A stretch of 64,000 nt of DNA from Vitrella brassicaformis CCMP3155. Taxonomy: Eukaryota > Protista > Chromerida. A program made the translations under genes and the position numbers. The notes under the pieces were generated by a model. The model was not told the origin of the DNA, ran no database searches, and was given only the letters and a program-made list of their open reading frames with translations. Position 1 is the stretch's first letter. Each line of letters opens with the position of its first letter. The DNA lies in the NCBI GenBank assembly GCA_001179505.1, contig CDMY01000656.1:186001-250000 (forward strand). Direction: 5' to 3'. This document shows positions 35,804-48,664 of the stretch, one piece after another.

Positions 35804-37569
35804 TCAGTGGTTGTGGCCTTCATGGCCCTCCTCATGCGCCGCCCCAGAGTGCTCGTGCTCGTGCGTCATCCCCTCCAAGACACCAATCCCAACCATGATG
35901 CCTGCACACACAGACGAACCCACATCACACACACATCCCTCTCCCTCCCTCGCTCTCTCTGTGTGTGCGGTGCCTTGTCGGATGACTCCCTCACCGAGTG
36001 CAACGGCCATCATCACCACAGCCACCAGGATGGCCACCCACTGCCCCATTACCGCAGGCTGCCCCTCAGCCCCCTTGCCAGTCATCTCGGTGTGAAGCTT
36101 CAGTGCGATAGGTCCCAGTACCAGCAGCCCGATGGACAGCCAGGCGCCACAGGTGAAGGCCAGGCAGTAGCGCTCGAAATCCTGCACCACGGATGCGAGC
36201 ATGGTGGAGAAGCCGAGGCCCACGACGATGCCGACGAGAGACGTGACGGAGGCGGCGATGTTGACGGTGATGACCAGGCAGTTGCTCAGGCCACTGAGAC
36301 GTAGCACGGCGTAGTCACTGAGCTCCTGAAGACATGAAGGGTTCGTTCTTCCTGGTTGGCCACACGGTGTGAGTGTGTGTACCTGTGGGATTTCGTGAGC
36401 CAGGATGGCGATCGAGGTCACCACGCCGACAAACCACCCCACGTACCACGCTATCCCTGACAGACATAGACAGATGCAGCGATTGACAAATCACAAGCCT
36501 GCTCCCTCCTCCTCCTCACCGACAGTGATTCCATCGACAAAATTGCAGACCACATCTCCTGCCAGCGCCGCCCAGCCGTACGACTCCACCGACCGCCAGT
36601 CAAAGCGAACTTTCGCCTTCTTGACGCCGCTCTCCGCCACCGCCACCTCGCCTGCTTTCGCCTCTGCACTGTCGTCGCCGTTCTCCCCTGCCCTCCCCTC
36701 CTCAATCTTCTCCCCCTCACGTGACGGGGTCTTCTCGGCATCGTCAGCCACCGTGGCCGACGTGCGCTCGGCAGGGATGCGGCGAGAGGGGGGCTGAGGG
36801 TTGGGGTGGTGGTGGTGGTCGTGGTCGTGGTGGTGGCCGCCATGGATGCTTTGCAGCAGCTGCGAGAAGAGGACGACGGCCAGGCAGCCGGCGAAGGCGG
36901 TGATGCCCAGCTTGGTGACGGCGTCGTGGGAGGCGCCCTCGAGTGCATGGGGGTACAGATGGATCAGGGAATCGCTCTGGAGGACACGCCCAACGCACAC
37001 AGGCAGACAGACAGACAGACCGTCACCACTTAGCGTTATCAATGGTGTGTGTGCGCGTCGGGGTGGGGGTGGGGTTGGCTCACCACCATGACAGCGATGG
37101 ATAAGACGACGAGGGCGTATTGGAGGCCCTTTCCAACAGCGCCCTTTCCCAGACACTGCAGCACGAACACACCGACCAGACTGTTGACCGACAAGATCAC
37201 ACCTTAACATAGCAGAATGCAGCGCAACAAGAACAGTGCAAAGGACTGGCCGAGATGTCCACTGCCTGCCTTTCGCCCACCGGTGACGATGGCGGCCAGC
37301 CACCTGTATTCGATAGGGAAGGTCTCCCAATCTTCTGCCAGCTCAGCGTCCGCCTCCCCTGCAGACACTGCGGCCACTCCTCCCCTCTCTGGGTGCGCCG
37401 CGTGATCGTGGTCGCCGTGTGTATCATGGTCGCTGTGGTCATGTTCCTCTGTGCCAGCCACTGCCGGCAACGAGAAGACCTCGTGTGCGTCTTGTGCCGA
37501 GATCTGGCAGGGTAAAAAGACGACTGCAGCGAGAGATATGACGAGCAGCGCGTACAATGGGGATGCCAT
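35804..37569 (-). CDS. ZIP (SLC39/LIV-1-like) metal transporter
   Basis: Signal peptide, His-rich N-terminus (EEHDHSDHDTHGDHDH), SDSLIHLYPHA, His-rich loop GGHHHDHDHHHH, TM4 GDVVCNFVDG, TM5 AILAHEIPQ|ELSDYAVL, His-rich C-terminal tail. Confidence 0.92.
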
Positions 37570-37616
37570 TTAACTGTGACGAGCAGCTTTTTAACATTCG
37601 TCACAGAAGAACTTTG

Positions 37617-37631
37617 AAAGCTAAGCTCGCA
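37617..37631 (+). promoter_or_regulatory. AAAGCTAAGCTCGCA upstream motif
   Basis: Ends 36 nt before the RCC1-gene ATG at 37668; 15/15 identical to the reverse complement of 29968-29982. Confidence 0.7.
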
Positions 37632-37667
37632 TACGGATCGTTCTTTGAGAAGGAGAAACCCCAAAAG

Positions 37668-38316
37668 ATGCGCTGTGTGCGGTGTCCGGGTGCCAGTGCG
37701 AAGCTCAATGCGAAGCAGGTGAGTTGAGGTGACTCATGGCCGGTTATTCCATGAGGGGCGTCTCGGTGAGTGTCGGTATGTGTGTGTGTTTGTGTGTGTG
37801 GTGCAGGGTGTGTCTGAGGGGGAGCCGGTGCTGTCGACTGATCACCGTAAGACGCCCGCACACGAGAGAGACAGGGAGACACTGTTGGACAGACACCCTC
37901 GCAGTCAATCGGTGGATGCACTTGTGTTTTCATGTGTGTCTGACTGTGCAGTGTTTTCCTCTCCCGGCTACAAAGACAACAAGACCCTCATCGCGATATG
38001 GGGCAGTGAGCAGCCACACATTACACACGGACCTGCGCAGGCCAAAGAAAGAGCGACACACATCGTGTACATGGCTGCAGAATGGCCGAGTTGCCCGCAT
38101 CCGCTGAGTGTGGAGGCCAACCGGCTGGAGGAGATGGAAGGCAGCACCGCCACGCACCCCGACCTCCCCCTCCCAAGCCCCGCGGCCTCTTCGCTTCGGC
38201 CTCTGGTGATCGAGGGCCTGGCCCACCACCGAGTCAAGCAGGTGGCCACTGGGACCTCTCACCTGCTGTTCCTCACAGGTGCGTGGGAGAAATGCTCCAC
38301 GAATGGGGCTGTGTGT

Positions 38317-38354
<38 letters not shown>

Positions 38355-40151
38355 GTGGGGAAGGTGTATGTGTTTGGGTATAATTTCTACGGGCAGCTGG
38401 GTCTTGGCACCACCCTCCCCTTCGCACACACGCTCCGGCCACTGCAGCGGCTCCCCGTCATCCAGCAAATCGCCGCTGGAGACGCGCACTCAATCGCCCT
38501 TTCCGACCAAGTGGGCGAGAGAGACACAGACAGACAGACACACACACACCGACATACATACACCCATCCCTCCCTCACGAATGAATGGTCAGGGGGAGGT
38601 CTTCACATGGGGGTGTGGTGACGCCGTTGGCTTCAGCGACGGTCTCCCACGAGCAACCCCCACTCTGCTGGACTTCGCCCCGCCCCCGGAAGACCCCGCA
38701 AACGACGCCGCAAACGACACAAACAACGAGAGAATCGACGAGCGGTCCCGGTCGCAGCTGACCGAGCACTCGCCCGGAATGAAACGAATCGCCGCTTGTG
38801 GCCGCCAGAGTGTCGCCATCACGTCGTCGGCATTCGGGACGCTGGAATGGGTGTATGGCTGGGGGGAGCTGCCCATGGGGGTGTGGGAGGCCACACCGAG
38901 ACCGTTGCTGATGTTCCAGGCGGGCATGGGGAATCGTCTTGAGGAGATCGCTCTGGGACGGCACTTTGGCCTTGTCAGGACGGGTGGGAGAAAGAGAGAC
39001 AGACACAGAGCCTGTGAAGATGGATGGATGGATGGATGGTGAGTGGGGTATCGGTGTCACCACTCACTCAGGCCGTGGTGAGGTCTTCTCCTGGGGCGAC
39101 GGCAGTTACGGCGAGCTTGGCCGGCCAAGTGAGGTCCAACAGACAGCCACATCCCTTTTCCAATCGGTGCAAGACGGAAACGGTACATAGCCACACATGG
39201 ATGGCAGGCTGACGGGCATTCCGCTTCAGCTGTGTCGGTGTGTGCAGACTCAGGATCGGTGTTGTCTGCGGCGCTGGTGCATCTGCCGAGCGGGGCGGGC
39301 AAGATGGACTCCATCGCTGCGGGAGGGAGACACGCACTCATGCTGGGACATGACGGCCGGTACCTGTCGCATTCCCTCAGGCCGTCATTGATTCACCTGT
39401 GATCGTGTGTGTGCAGGGTGTGGGCGATGGGCGACAACACTGCTGGCCAGTGCGGCGTCAATGTCGCCGAGCTGCAGCTCACTCAGCCGAAGGTAAGCGA
39501 GTCTGCCTGTCTGCTGGGACATTCAGCTTCCTGTGCCTCTCTGTGTGGTGTCTGTCAGTGTGTGGCGTCCCCTTCCGTGAGCAGCTGGGAGGCCAAGGGG
39601 CTCCGTGTAGCCGCGGGGGGCAGACACTCGGCATGCATCACTCGTAGGCGCATGATACCAACCAAGAAAGAGACACACAGAAAGGTCCTCCGTGTGGGCG
39701 CAGAGGACCATCGGTTGCTGGTGTGGGGCCATGCGTCTCACCACAAGCTGATCTACACAGCCACCCCGGCAGCCGTGCCGCCGCCGTCAATGACACCCGG
39801 TGGGCGGGTGAATCGGCCGGTCGTTTGACGGATCCATGAGAGAATGGTGTGTACGTGCCTGCAGGTGTCTCTGTGCGGTCGGGGCTGAAAGAATGCTCCG
39901 TCAAGGTCAGCTGGCTATCTTGCTTACATACCGGCTGCGTCGCCTCTGCCCGTACAACTGTGCTACGTGCGATTTTCAGCCTCGGTTGGTCTTTTCGCTG
40001 CTCCACCGAAAGGTGCAGGAGATATGGAAATGGATCCACTACACACATATGTGTCGATATGTTAGTTGGCTGTTATGTGTGTCAGGTGACTGATGTGGTG
40101 CTGGGGGAGGACTTCACCGTGGTTGTGACCGGGGAGGGAGAGGGCAAGTGA
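37668..40151 (+). CDS. RCC1-repeat beta-propeller protein
   Basis: Repeats: VKQVATGTSHLLFLT, VYVFGYNFYGQLGLG, IQQIAAGDAHSIALS, GEVFTWGCG, EEIALGRHFGLVRT, GEVFSWGDGSYGELG, VAAGGRHSACIT, VTDVVLGEDFTVVVT; TGA at 40151. Confidence 0.88.
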
Positions 40152-40593
40152 GATACCTACCAGCGGATACTCACTGGGGGCTCTTTGCCTATCATCGGAC
40201 CACCCTCATTGAGACAGGAGACGTAGAGACGGGCTTCATGGTTATGGGGAAGCTGTCGACTTTCGAGGCGCAATATCGATGACTGCATCATGACTGACTC
40301 TCAGATCACACTGTCGAGCTTCTTGTGTGTGCTGACACAATTATTGTCGATAGCTGGACATAGAGGTGTCAGTCAGTAGACACGATTGTTCTCTTTCGAG
40401 TCCGACTGGTCTTTCTCTGGTATATGGCGACACGCCGATAGGATTTGATCACGTTGCTCACAGGCAGGCAGGCAGGCAGGCAGCCATGCACACGTTGCAC
40501 TCACCACTTCACTTCACCCACCACACAGTCTGCCAGCCACTCATGGATGCGATCGATGCACTTCTTGCACGACTCCCAGTCAGTCCTCCTCAA

Positions 40594-41527
40594 TCAGCGG
40601 CGCTTGAATGTCATGTGCTGGGGACAATGGCGGCCTTCGGTGTAAGCGGCTGGGAACGTCCACCTGCGGCAGCCCTTGGTGGCAGCGGAGGCCTCTGAAT
40701 CCATGTCGTTTTGGTCGAGGAATCCGCTCGCCTGCATTGTTAGACGGGCCGTCACCTCTGCAGCCAGCCAACACGCCCAAGAGATAAGTGAGGCGTGTAG
40801 GGGGAGGGGGGAGGGATGGAGACACGCTGTCTCAGCTGTCTCACGCACTTACCCTTGTCAGATGGAAATGCCGCGCCTCTGTCGGTTCTCCCTTGCCTCC
40901 CCCGTCCATAGTCTGCATTCAATCAGCACAGACATCATCAAAACATGCACCAGAGGTGCATTGGTAAGGAAGGGATGGAGACACATCGTCGGTGTCTCAC
41001 CTTGGTGAACAGTGACCTTCGTATAATCCTCTCCTCCAAATCCCAATCCTCCTGCTGTCGTACGATATTGGTCCTCCTCACCGTGGCGCTCATGGACCCA
41101 TCCACAGCCATCCTGGGTGTCGATCGTGGTGCTCGACGTCTTGGTGGTCTTCTGTGCCTCGTCCTCCGTCTTGTCGTGCGGCTTCCGGATCAACCCGATG
41201 CAGCGACTGGCCAGCTCTTGCAGCCCGACCACCATGCCGTCATAAAGTGCGTTGGCGAAGCCCTGGACCATGAAACTGGAGGAGTGCTCCAGCCACCGCG
41301 GCTGCTCCTCTTGCCCCATCTCCCCCCTGGCCAGTAAGCTTCTGTGCTGCACGCTTCTCGGCCCGCTCTTGCTCTTGCGCTCGTATCTCCTCCTTGACGA
41401 TCTTGTGCCATTCCTGCAATCCCTCTCTGATTTGTCGCAGGCGCCGGCTCTCTCCTGATCGGCGGTCTCGGCAACCATTCGGCCAGCTTGGATGCCCTTC
41501 GCGCACAAGACACTTCAATTGAGACAC
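40594..41527 (-). pseudogene. frameshifted, probably 5'-truncated paralog (copy B) of the gene at 10334-11434
   Basis: Same two intron positions (88-nt first intron and 60-nt middle exon in both copies). Shared peptides GFANALYD..VVG.QEL and EEIR.QE.ERAEKR. The frame changes near 41340-41355 and no in-frame ATG was found upstream. Confidence 0.7.
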
Positions 41528-42009
41528 TTCGTCCGTCCCTGGCCCTTACCCCCAACCCCACCCTGCCAATTTCTCGTGTGCGTATGCCGATAGTGATGGC
41601 CGACTCCCTTTGCCACCCGGCGATATCCGGTGCCCTGTCTTTTGCTTCGATCCAATGTAACGCAGCTGGTTCCCAGTAAGGTTCGATTTCGGGGGTCGCC
41701 GGGTCTCGCTGCAATGAATACCAGACGGATGCACTGATTGGGGACGAGTCTCTTTGCTCGTGATTTAGGTAAGGGTCAGTTTCACGAGGAATTCAAGATC
41801 GCAGGATCGCGCAGAGGCGAAGCGCCACAGATCGCTAGAAAACGTGGGCCTAGCAGGCTTACAGTGATGCCCTCGACAACCTCCGGCTCACAGATTCCAT
41901 AGATCTCCTCTCCTTCAAGAGATCGGTCCGACCCTTCCCCTACCTGTGCACACCGAGGAGAGCTAAACACTGACGAACGGACCCCTCCACACCTTCCACA
42001 CACCCCAGG

Positions 42010-45000
42010 ATGGCCACCCGCGCGACCCTTGCTCCCCTGCTGGCCTTGATCTTGTTCCTCCTCCCCCTCCTCGTCGAAGGCCTTGATTTCGAGTGCCTGC
42101 TCGCCGTCAGCCGCGCGATAGAGGGAGGCTTCGCACCACCCTCAGTCGCCAGCCAGCAAGAGTGCCTTGACGCTTCATCCAGCGACCAGGCCATGAAGTA
42201 CTGCCTCTCTCCAAAGTCGCTGAGCGAAACTATGGAGCTGTGCCTTCCTGAGCAGTGCACACGGGTAGGATGCGCGGGATGGAGAGAGGGGGATGGAGAG
42301 AGAGGGGGGAGGAATGGATGCAGCCGTAGGCACGTGCGTGAGTGTTTGTCACGAGGGTGTGCGTGCGTGCAGGATGACTTGCGTGAGATATATCGATTTG
42401 CCGAGGAGGCATGTGAGCCGTCCACATCATGCATCGAGATGGACGCCAGTGCGCGGCTCCCATGCATGGTGATGCAGCAAAACCGCACCATGTGTGGGAA
42501 GGTCGCCAACAGGTCAGCCGCAGCCTCGATCACACATTCATACTCACCCCGCACGCCCCTCCCTGTTTGTGCCATGCAGCACGGCGTCGATAGCTGATGA
42601 GAACATCCACCTGTCTTGCTTCCACTCGTCGACTTCCAACGAGACGAAGGCCCAGCTTCTCGCAGACACGCTCGAGTGCGCTCCGATGGGCCAGCCGCCG
42701 GGAGCCGTCAACGATTTGGCCAACTGGGACGCGTGTCACGAGCTCAAGACGGCCCATTACTGTGTGGTGGATTACAAGAACATCTTCGTGACCGCCGGGC
42801 AGTGCGTGGCACCCACATGTGACGGCAGCAAGTACGCATCCATGGCGCGGATGGCGTGTGAGGTGGACGACTGCATGGGCATGGCCGCCATGATGCCCGT
42901 CGGCCACTGCCTCTTCTGGCGGGCCTTGCTGTGTCCACCGGAAGGAACACCTAACTACAATGTGACGGTCGAGGCCACCTGCAGCCCCACCGATGCGCCG
43001 GCCATGTCGGCTGGCTTCTATGTGATGATCGGTATATCGAGCGCGCTCGTGCTGCTCATCGCGGCGGCATCGGCCATGGCCGTGTGGCGCCAGAAGGAAG
43101 CCAACGGAGGGAGAAGAGAGCCGTCAATCGCTGAGAGGGCACTGACGGCATTCTACTTGCCAGGTATCAGTTCAGTTGTGGTGTTGTATCAGAATTTTTT
43201 GTCTCCTGTCATTCATACCTTGCTGCTCTTTGCTGTATGAAGACAACTGGCGCGGACTGTGGAGCACCAAGCAGGTACGATGACGACACACACGCAGCGG
43301 GTGCACGCGGTGTGCCCTTTTTCGGTTGTCTGGCCAGGGTGACGGTGAGGTTTCTTGTCTGCACGGCATTCGAGTCGTGTCGATCGTCTGGATCCTGTTG
43401 GCACACCTGTTCATCCTGTACCAAGCCATGCCTGCCATCAACTACCCGGTGAGCAGGCAACGAATCATGCATGGAATGGACTAATTCACTTGCCCTTTTG
43501 TGAATGTTTTCGGTGAGCCCAGGATCTCGTTGAAGCAAGTACGCGACAGACAAATGCATTGGTTCCTTTCCGATCGCTGTAAGTATGCACCTGTCCGTCT
43601 TTCAGTGGGCAAGGTCTCGTTTCAGGTCGTCACGGGTGCATTCTTTGCTGTCGACACCTTCTTCCTCCTCTCGGGCTTTCTGCTTGTGTTCGTGACCCTC
43701 AAGCATGTGGCCAGAACGGGAAACTCGCGAATCAACGTGCCACTGGCCGTGCTGCATAGGTGAGGGAGTGGGTGGGGCGACAATAGGCGGCCATCCAGTG
43801 ACGCTTACGCAACCCTTTGTTATCGGTGTGTGTGCAGGTGGATCCGGATGAGTGTGGTTTATGCCTTCTTTATCGGTGTGTGGGAGTTCGTCGCGCCCCA
43901 CGTGTCAAACGGACCTCTCTGGCCGATATTCACCGGCCCACTTCACCGCACATTCAATCCGATACTTGTGCCTGCGGCTGAGGGCAGCCCGTCTGCGTGT
44001 CAGCAGTACTGGTGGGCGAACCTCCTCTATATCAACAACTTTGTACCTTCTGAACGGCCACTTGCGTTCGGGTGCATGCCATGTAGGTGGACAGACACAT
44101 GGACAACACAGGACAATAACATGAGCGTCACGGATGTGGTATGTGTCAGGGACGTGGTACTTGGCGAATGACTTCCAGTTCTTCGTAATCGGCATTCTCC
44201 TCATGGCCATCTACTGCGGGTACGCATGAGAATCGCTCTCACTTCCCTTCGTGCCGCGCTCATCCACGTTGATCTGGCTGCAGGTATTCCAAGAGGATTG
44301 CCCGGGTGGTGATGGGAACAATGCTGGTCGCCTGCTGGGTCGTCACTGGTCCGTTGTCCGCCGAAAAGCGTTATTCTCGTCGAGAATGCATGTGATTGGC
44401 GTGCAGGCACACGGAACATCCTGAAGGGCTGGCAGGTCGGGTTCTTCGCATTGCTAGAAGACGATGAGTTCTACATCAAGCCGTGGACTAGAATCGCACC
44501 CTACCTGCTCGGAATGGTAGCAAAACAAGGCATTGCCCACGTTCCTTGTCCCCTCACTTGTGTGTCCTGTCTGCCCTTCTGGTGTACGCAGATGGGTGCG
44601 CTGCTGGTGTCTGAGCATCAAGAGCAGTTGCGGCGCTGGCTGCTGCGGCTGAGGCGCTTCGGCCGAGTGGGGCTGCATGTGCTGCTGGCGAGTGCCATGC
44701 TGTTTTTGATCTTCGTGCAGTACAGTGCCCACAAGATCCCAAGCACGCCTTGGACACCGGTCCAGACGTTCTTCTACAACACATTCTCACGGTCAGCTTG
44801 TCGCTTAGACACAGAAAAGGTGTTGGTCTCATGTGGTTGTAGGTGTGATCTGGTGAGTGCAGGTCTGTGTGGGGGCTTGGCGTGCTGTGGGTGGTGTTTT
44901 GCTGCGCCACCGGCATGACGCCGAATGTCAACAGGCTCCTCTCGCTTAGCCTCTACCGGCCATTTGCAAGACTGACCTACACTCTGTACCTGGTGCACCT

Positions 45001-45409
45001 GCCCGTCATTGCCGCCCTTCTATACAGCGCCAAAAACCTCATCTTCCTGACATATGGTCAGCCTGATGCAAGAACCCGATGTCTGTATATCCCTCTCTCT
45101 GTGTCTGTATGTGTGTGTGTAGCTAACACAGTGGTGTCTTTCCCCGCGGTGATCGTCCTGGGCTTTGCGGTAGCGTGTGTGCTATATCTGCTGGTGGAGG
45201 CACCGTCGCTGCATCTGAACAAGCTGATCATGGACAACACGTACATGAGGAAGGCGTCTCTGAAAGGGAAGGAAGAACAGCAACGTGGCGACGAGACTAT
45301 GGACGAAGAGAGCTGCCATCCGCCCACTGCCTCCAAGGAGGCCACAGAGGCATCCGTGTCTTCGCAGAGTCCGTATGACAGCGTCGACCTAATGGAGGTC
45401 CGTGTGTGA
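42010..45409 (+). CDS. NRF-6/OACYL-like acyltransferase-3 membrane protein with Cys-rich NRF ectodomain
   Basis: Signal peptide; GAVNDLANWDAC..HYC..GQCVAPTC; LHGIRVVSIVWILLAH; AVDTFFLLSGFL; HRWIRM; CQQYWWANLLYINN; WYLANDFQFFV; YIKPWTRIAPYLLG; RPFARLTYTLYLVH. Confidence 0.92.
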
Positions 45410-45633
45410 GTGTTCACTGCGATAACTGACTGGTCTCACATGTGCGTGCACGGGTGTGGCTGTCTAATCCGTCTTTGTGTTGCTGTGGTGCTAATGTTTA
45501 TGTGCGGGACTCGTGGATGCGTGTTGTGTGTGGTACTCTCCTGCGGCTTCCGTCCTTCCTTGCCTTCTGACGTGAGCAACTAGCTGTGATTTTTGTTTCT
45601 CATCTGACGAGCCTCGCTACCCATGCTGATCGG

Positions 45634-46390
45634 TCGGTCGGTTTTTCTGTGTGGCGTCTTCTGGATCATTTGTAGACAGGTAGGCAGGTGTGCATGGCGG
45701 GAGATGCATGTTGAGAGTGTCGTGTCGTCGAGTATGTGCGTACGTGTATACGTGTAGGTGTCTTCTGAGCTCAGCAGATGGGACGATGGGATGTTTTAAT
45801 CGATTTGCATGCCCCGGGACAGTGTTGTGTGCACGTATCCACACACACACGACTTTTCCACACGCACAAGAAGCACACACCACTTGGTTGGTACAGCGCT
45901 GACCTAAAGGAGGTCTGTATGTGACTGTAATGTAGTGTAATGTACTGACTGCAACATGATGACTGTCTGGTCTCACCTTTGCCTGCATGAATGTCTATCT
46001 CTACCTGTGTCTGTCTGTGGTGCTGGTGATTACGTATGGTGTGTGTGGCTGTCTCCTGGGGTGAGGCTGAGCGGTTGCGTCTCAGGGTCAACTTTAACCG
46101 ATGAAGTAATCAGTGTTGACACCACGAGAGTAGCAATGCCCGCCCTCTGCCAGCTGCCGAAGACACGTGTCTCTTCGGGCGCCACTACTTCTTGCCTTCT
46201 TATGTACATGAAGTAGCTGTGACTTTGATGTCGTAGGGCGAGCTAATCGCTGGCTGACTGGTCTGTCCGTCGATCGGTCGGTTTTTCTGTGTGGCGTAGG
46301 TCGACTTGATGTAGGCAGGTGGGAGTGCTTTCCTCGTGTATGTGCGTGGCCGGGCAGATGTGGCGGGATGGATCGATGGGATGTTTCAAT
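45634..46390. repeat. diverged direct repeat (two copies about 600-640 nt apart)
   Basis: TCGGTCGGTTTTTCTGTGTGGCGT at 45634-45657 and 46274-46297; CGATGGGATGTTT at 45784-45796 and 46374-46386; GTAGGCAGGTG in both copies. Confidence 0.7.
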
Positions 46391-46535
46391 GGTGGAATGC
46401 CTGGACGTTCACACGTGCGTGACCTGTCTGCATCATGACAAGGACTTCGTCCGTCCGTCATGGTTTTGATACCAACGTCAGTCAACCATCGCAGTCAATC
46501 GCCACGCACCCACATGAGTATCATCGATGTGTTGA

Positions 46536-48629
46536 TTACCTCTTGAGCTTTTCCTCGATAGAGGCTCCAATGTACAGCTCCATGTGCCTCATCCACCGTC
46601 TGGCCACCGCCTCGACGCCCTCGTCATCGCCGTCGAGCAGCTCGCTGAGGGCACTCATGATCTGGGTCATGGCGCAGCACAGCTTGGCCTCGCACGAGCT
46701 CCACACCGCATCACACAACTGCACACACAACACACGCAGTCAGAGGAAGGGCGCAAACATGAGACAGGCAGAGAGGTGGCGTGGCCTGGCGTGGCGCGGC
46801 GTGCTCTGGTTGATTGTATACAATACACACATACCAGGACGACGGCGAGTTTCTGTTTGGCATTGGGGTGCGCCAGCTTCTGCAGTATCAGATTGGTGAA
46901 CTCGATCAACTGCACACACAACACAAGCGATAAATACTTCCTGCTGTCTGTAAGGCAATGCATTCCACACATGTCTGTCTGTCTGCCTGTCGGTGTGACT
47001 GACCTTGGTGTCCTCCTGCGACATCCGCACGCCGACAGCGACCGCCACGCACTTGACCGCCGTCCAAACACCCAGACAGAGATGCACGCCACCCACACTT
47101 ATCTGCGTGCTGCCGCCATTCTCAGCTGCCGTGCCACCGCTGCTGCTGTTGGTAAAGTCATGCTGCACCAGTGGGTGGCTGCTGTCGATGCGCGGCATCA
47201 GGTTGAGCACATCCAGAAGGGACACACACGCGGGCAACAGAGACGACACGAACACGTCCGAGGTGCTCTCACCTGAGCGAACGAATGACCAACCGACCAT
47301 ACCGACCATCCACAGTAAGCGATGGCTGTTTCCTTTTGTGAGTGAGTGGATGGCTGTCTGCTCTGCTCACTGACTGGGGAGGTTCTTGACGGATGTGGCG
47401 ATTGCGAGCAGGCACGGAAGCGCCACCTCTGCCCAGTACCACGTGCGCCACCTCAGCTCCTTGTCGGCCTCACTCTCTTGCCCCACCCACATGTCGGCTA
47501 TCGTTGCGCCTTTCGGCTTAGCGCCTGACTGACCCGATGACGCCGCCAACCTCTGCAGACGCACACACACACACACATACACACGCTCTCAGTGCCGCTT
47601 GCACGAGGCAACCATGGCTTCGTTCTTTTGACGTAAAGGTGTACCTTGAGTCGTGTGGCGAGCATGAGCGCCTGTTGGTGGCATGAGAGCAGGATGGCCT
47701 CGAGGTCTGGCTGGATGAGAGGCAGGTAGGCCGACGCCATCAGGCCGCCACCGGTCCTACGAACCATGCGCTCGTACGCTAACACAAAGAGACGCGCTGA
47801 CGCCGCCAGCCTTTCGGAACCACACACACACCCGTCACTGCAGGTCTGTCGGTCAGTCGCTCTGCATGTGGATTGCATACCTGTTTTCTTCCTTGGATTT
47901 CTCCACCTCGCTGCTGCCCTCTGTTGTCTCCTGCCCCTCTTCGTCTTCCTCCAGTCGCTTCGACGACAGCACGTGGACGCGCTTGCCGCGAGCCGACCTG
48001 TGTAAGTGTGTGGGTGTCTTACTTACAATCGCTCACCCGGTCGTGTGTATGTGTGTGTGTGTGTGTGTGTGTGTACCTCTGCAGCTTGATGAACAGCGGC
48101 CTCAGCTGCTGGTCCGTCAGCTTGGCAGAAAGGCATGCAAACGCATCGGCGATGGCGCTCTCGACCTGTGCAAGGCCACACACGGCCGTGGTGTCATCCT
48201 CACGGCGGTCACCTTCGTCCGTCATGGCATCGGATGCACCCAACAGGCCTTCCAGCACCCTAGCCACACACACACACACACACAGGGAGAGAGAATGCAG
48301 AAAGTGCATGTCCGCTCCCTCCCTCCCTCCCTCCCTCTCTCACTCACCTGTCCCGCTGTGCGTCGCCCTGCCCCCTGATGGCCAGCGGTATAGCGACGTC
48401 CTCCCACAGGCCAGCGTGGCTGGCAAAGGTGGGCCCTCCATAGAGCCGATGGATGAGTGGCTGCCAGTAGAGGGGCGTCATGGGGGAGGGAGGGGGGTCC
48501 TCGGCCACCATCTGGTCCGCAAGGGTGTCGATGGCCTTGGCGGGCAGATGGAACGCGAGCAGGAAGACCTTGGACAGGCTGGACAGCTGCTGAGCAACTG
48601 TTTCTGACACACACAAGGAGAGCGAGGGC

Positions 48630-48664
<35 letters not shown>

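Noticed and set aside
41661-41705. GGTTCGATT T-loop-like sequence suggesting a tRNA
   Set aside because: No cloverleaf, acceptor stem or A-box could be built around it.
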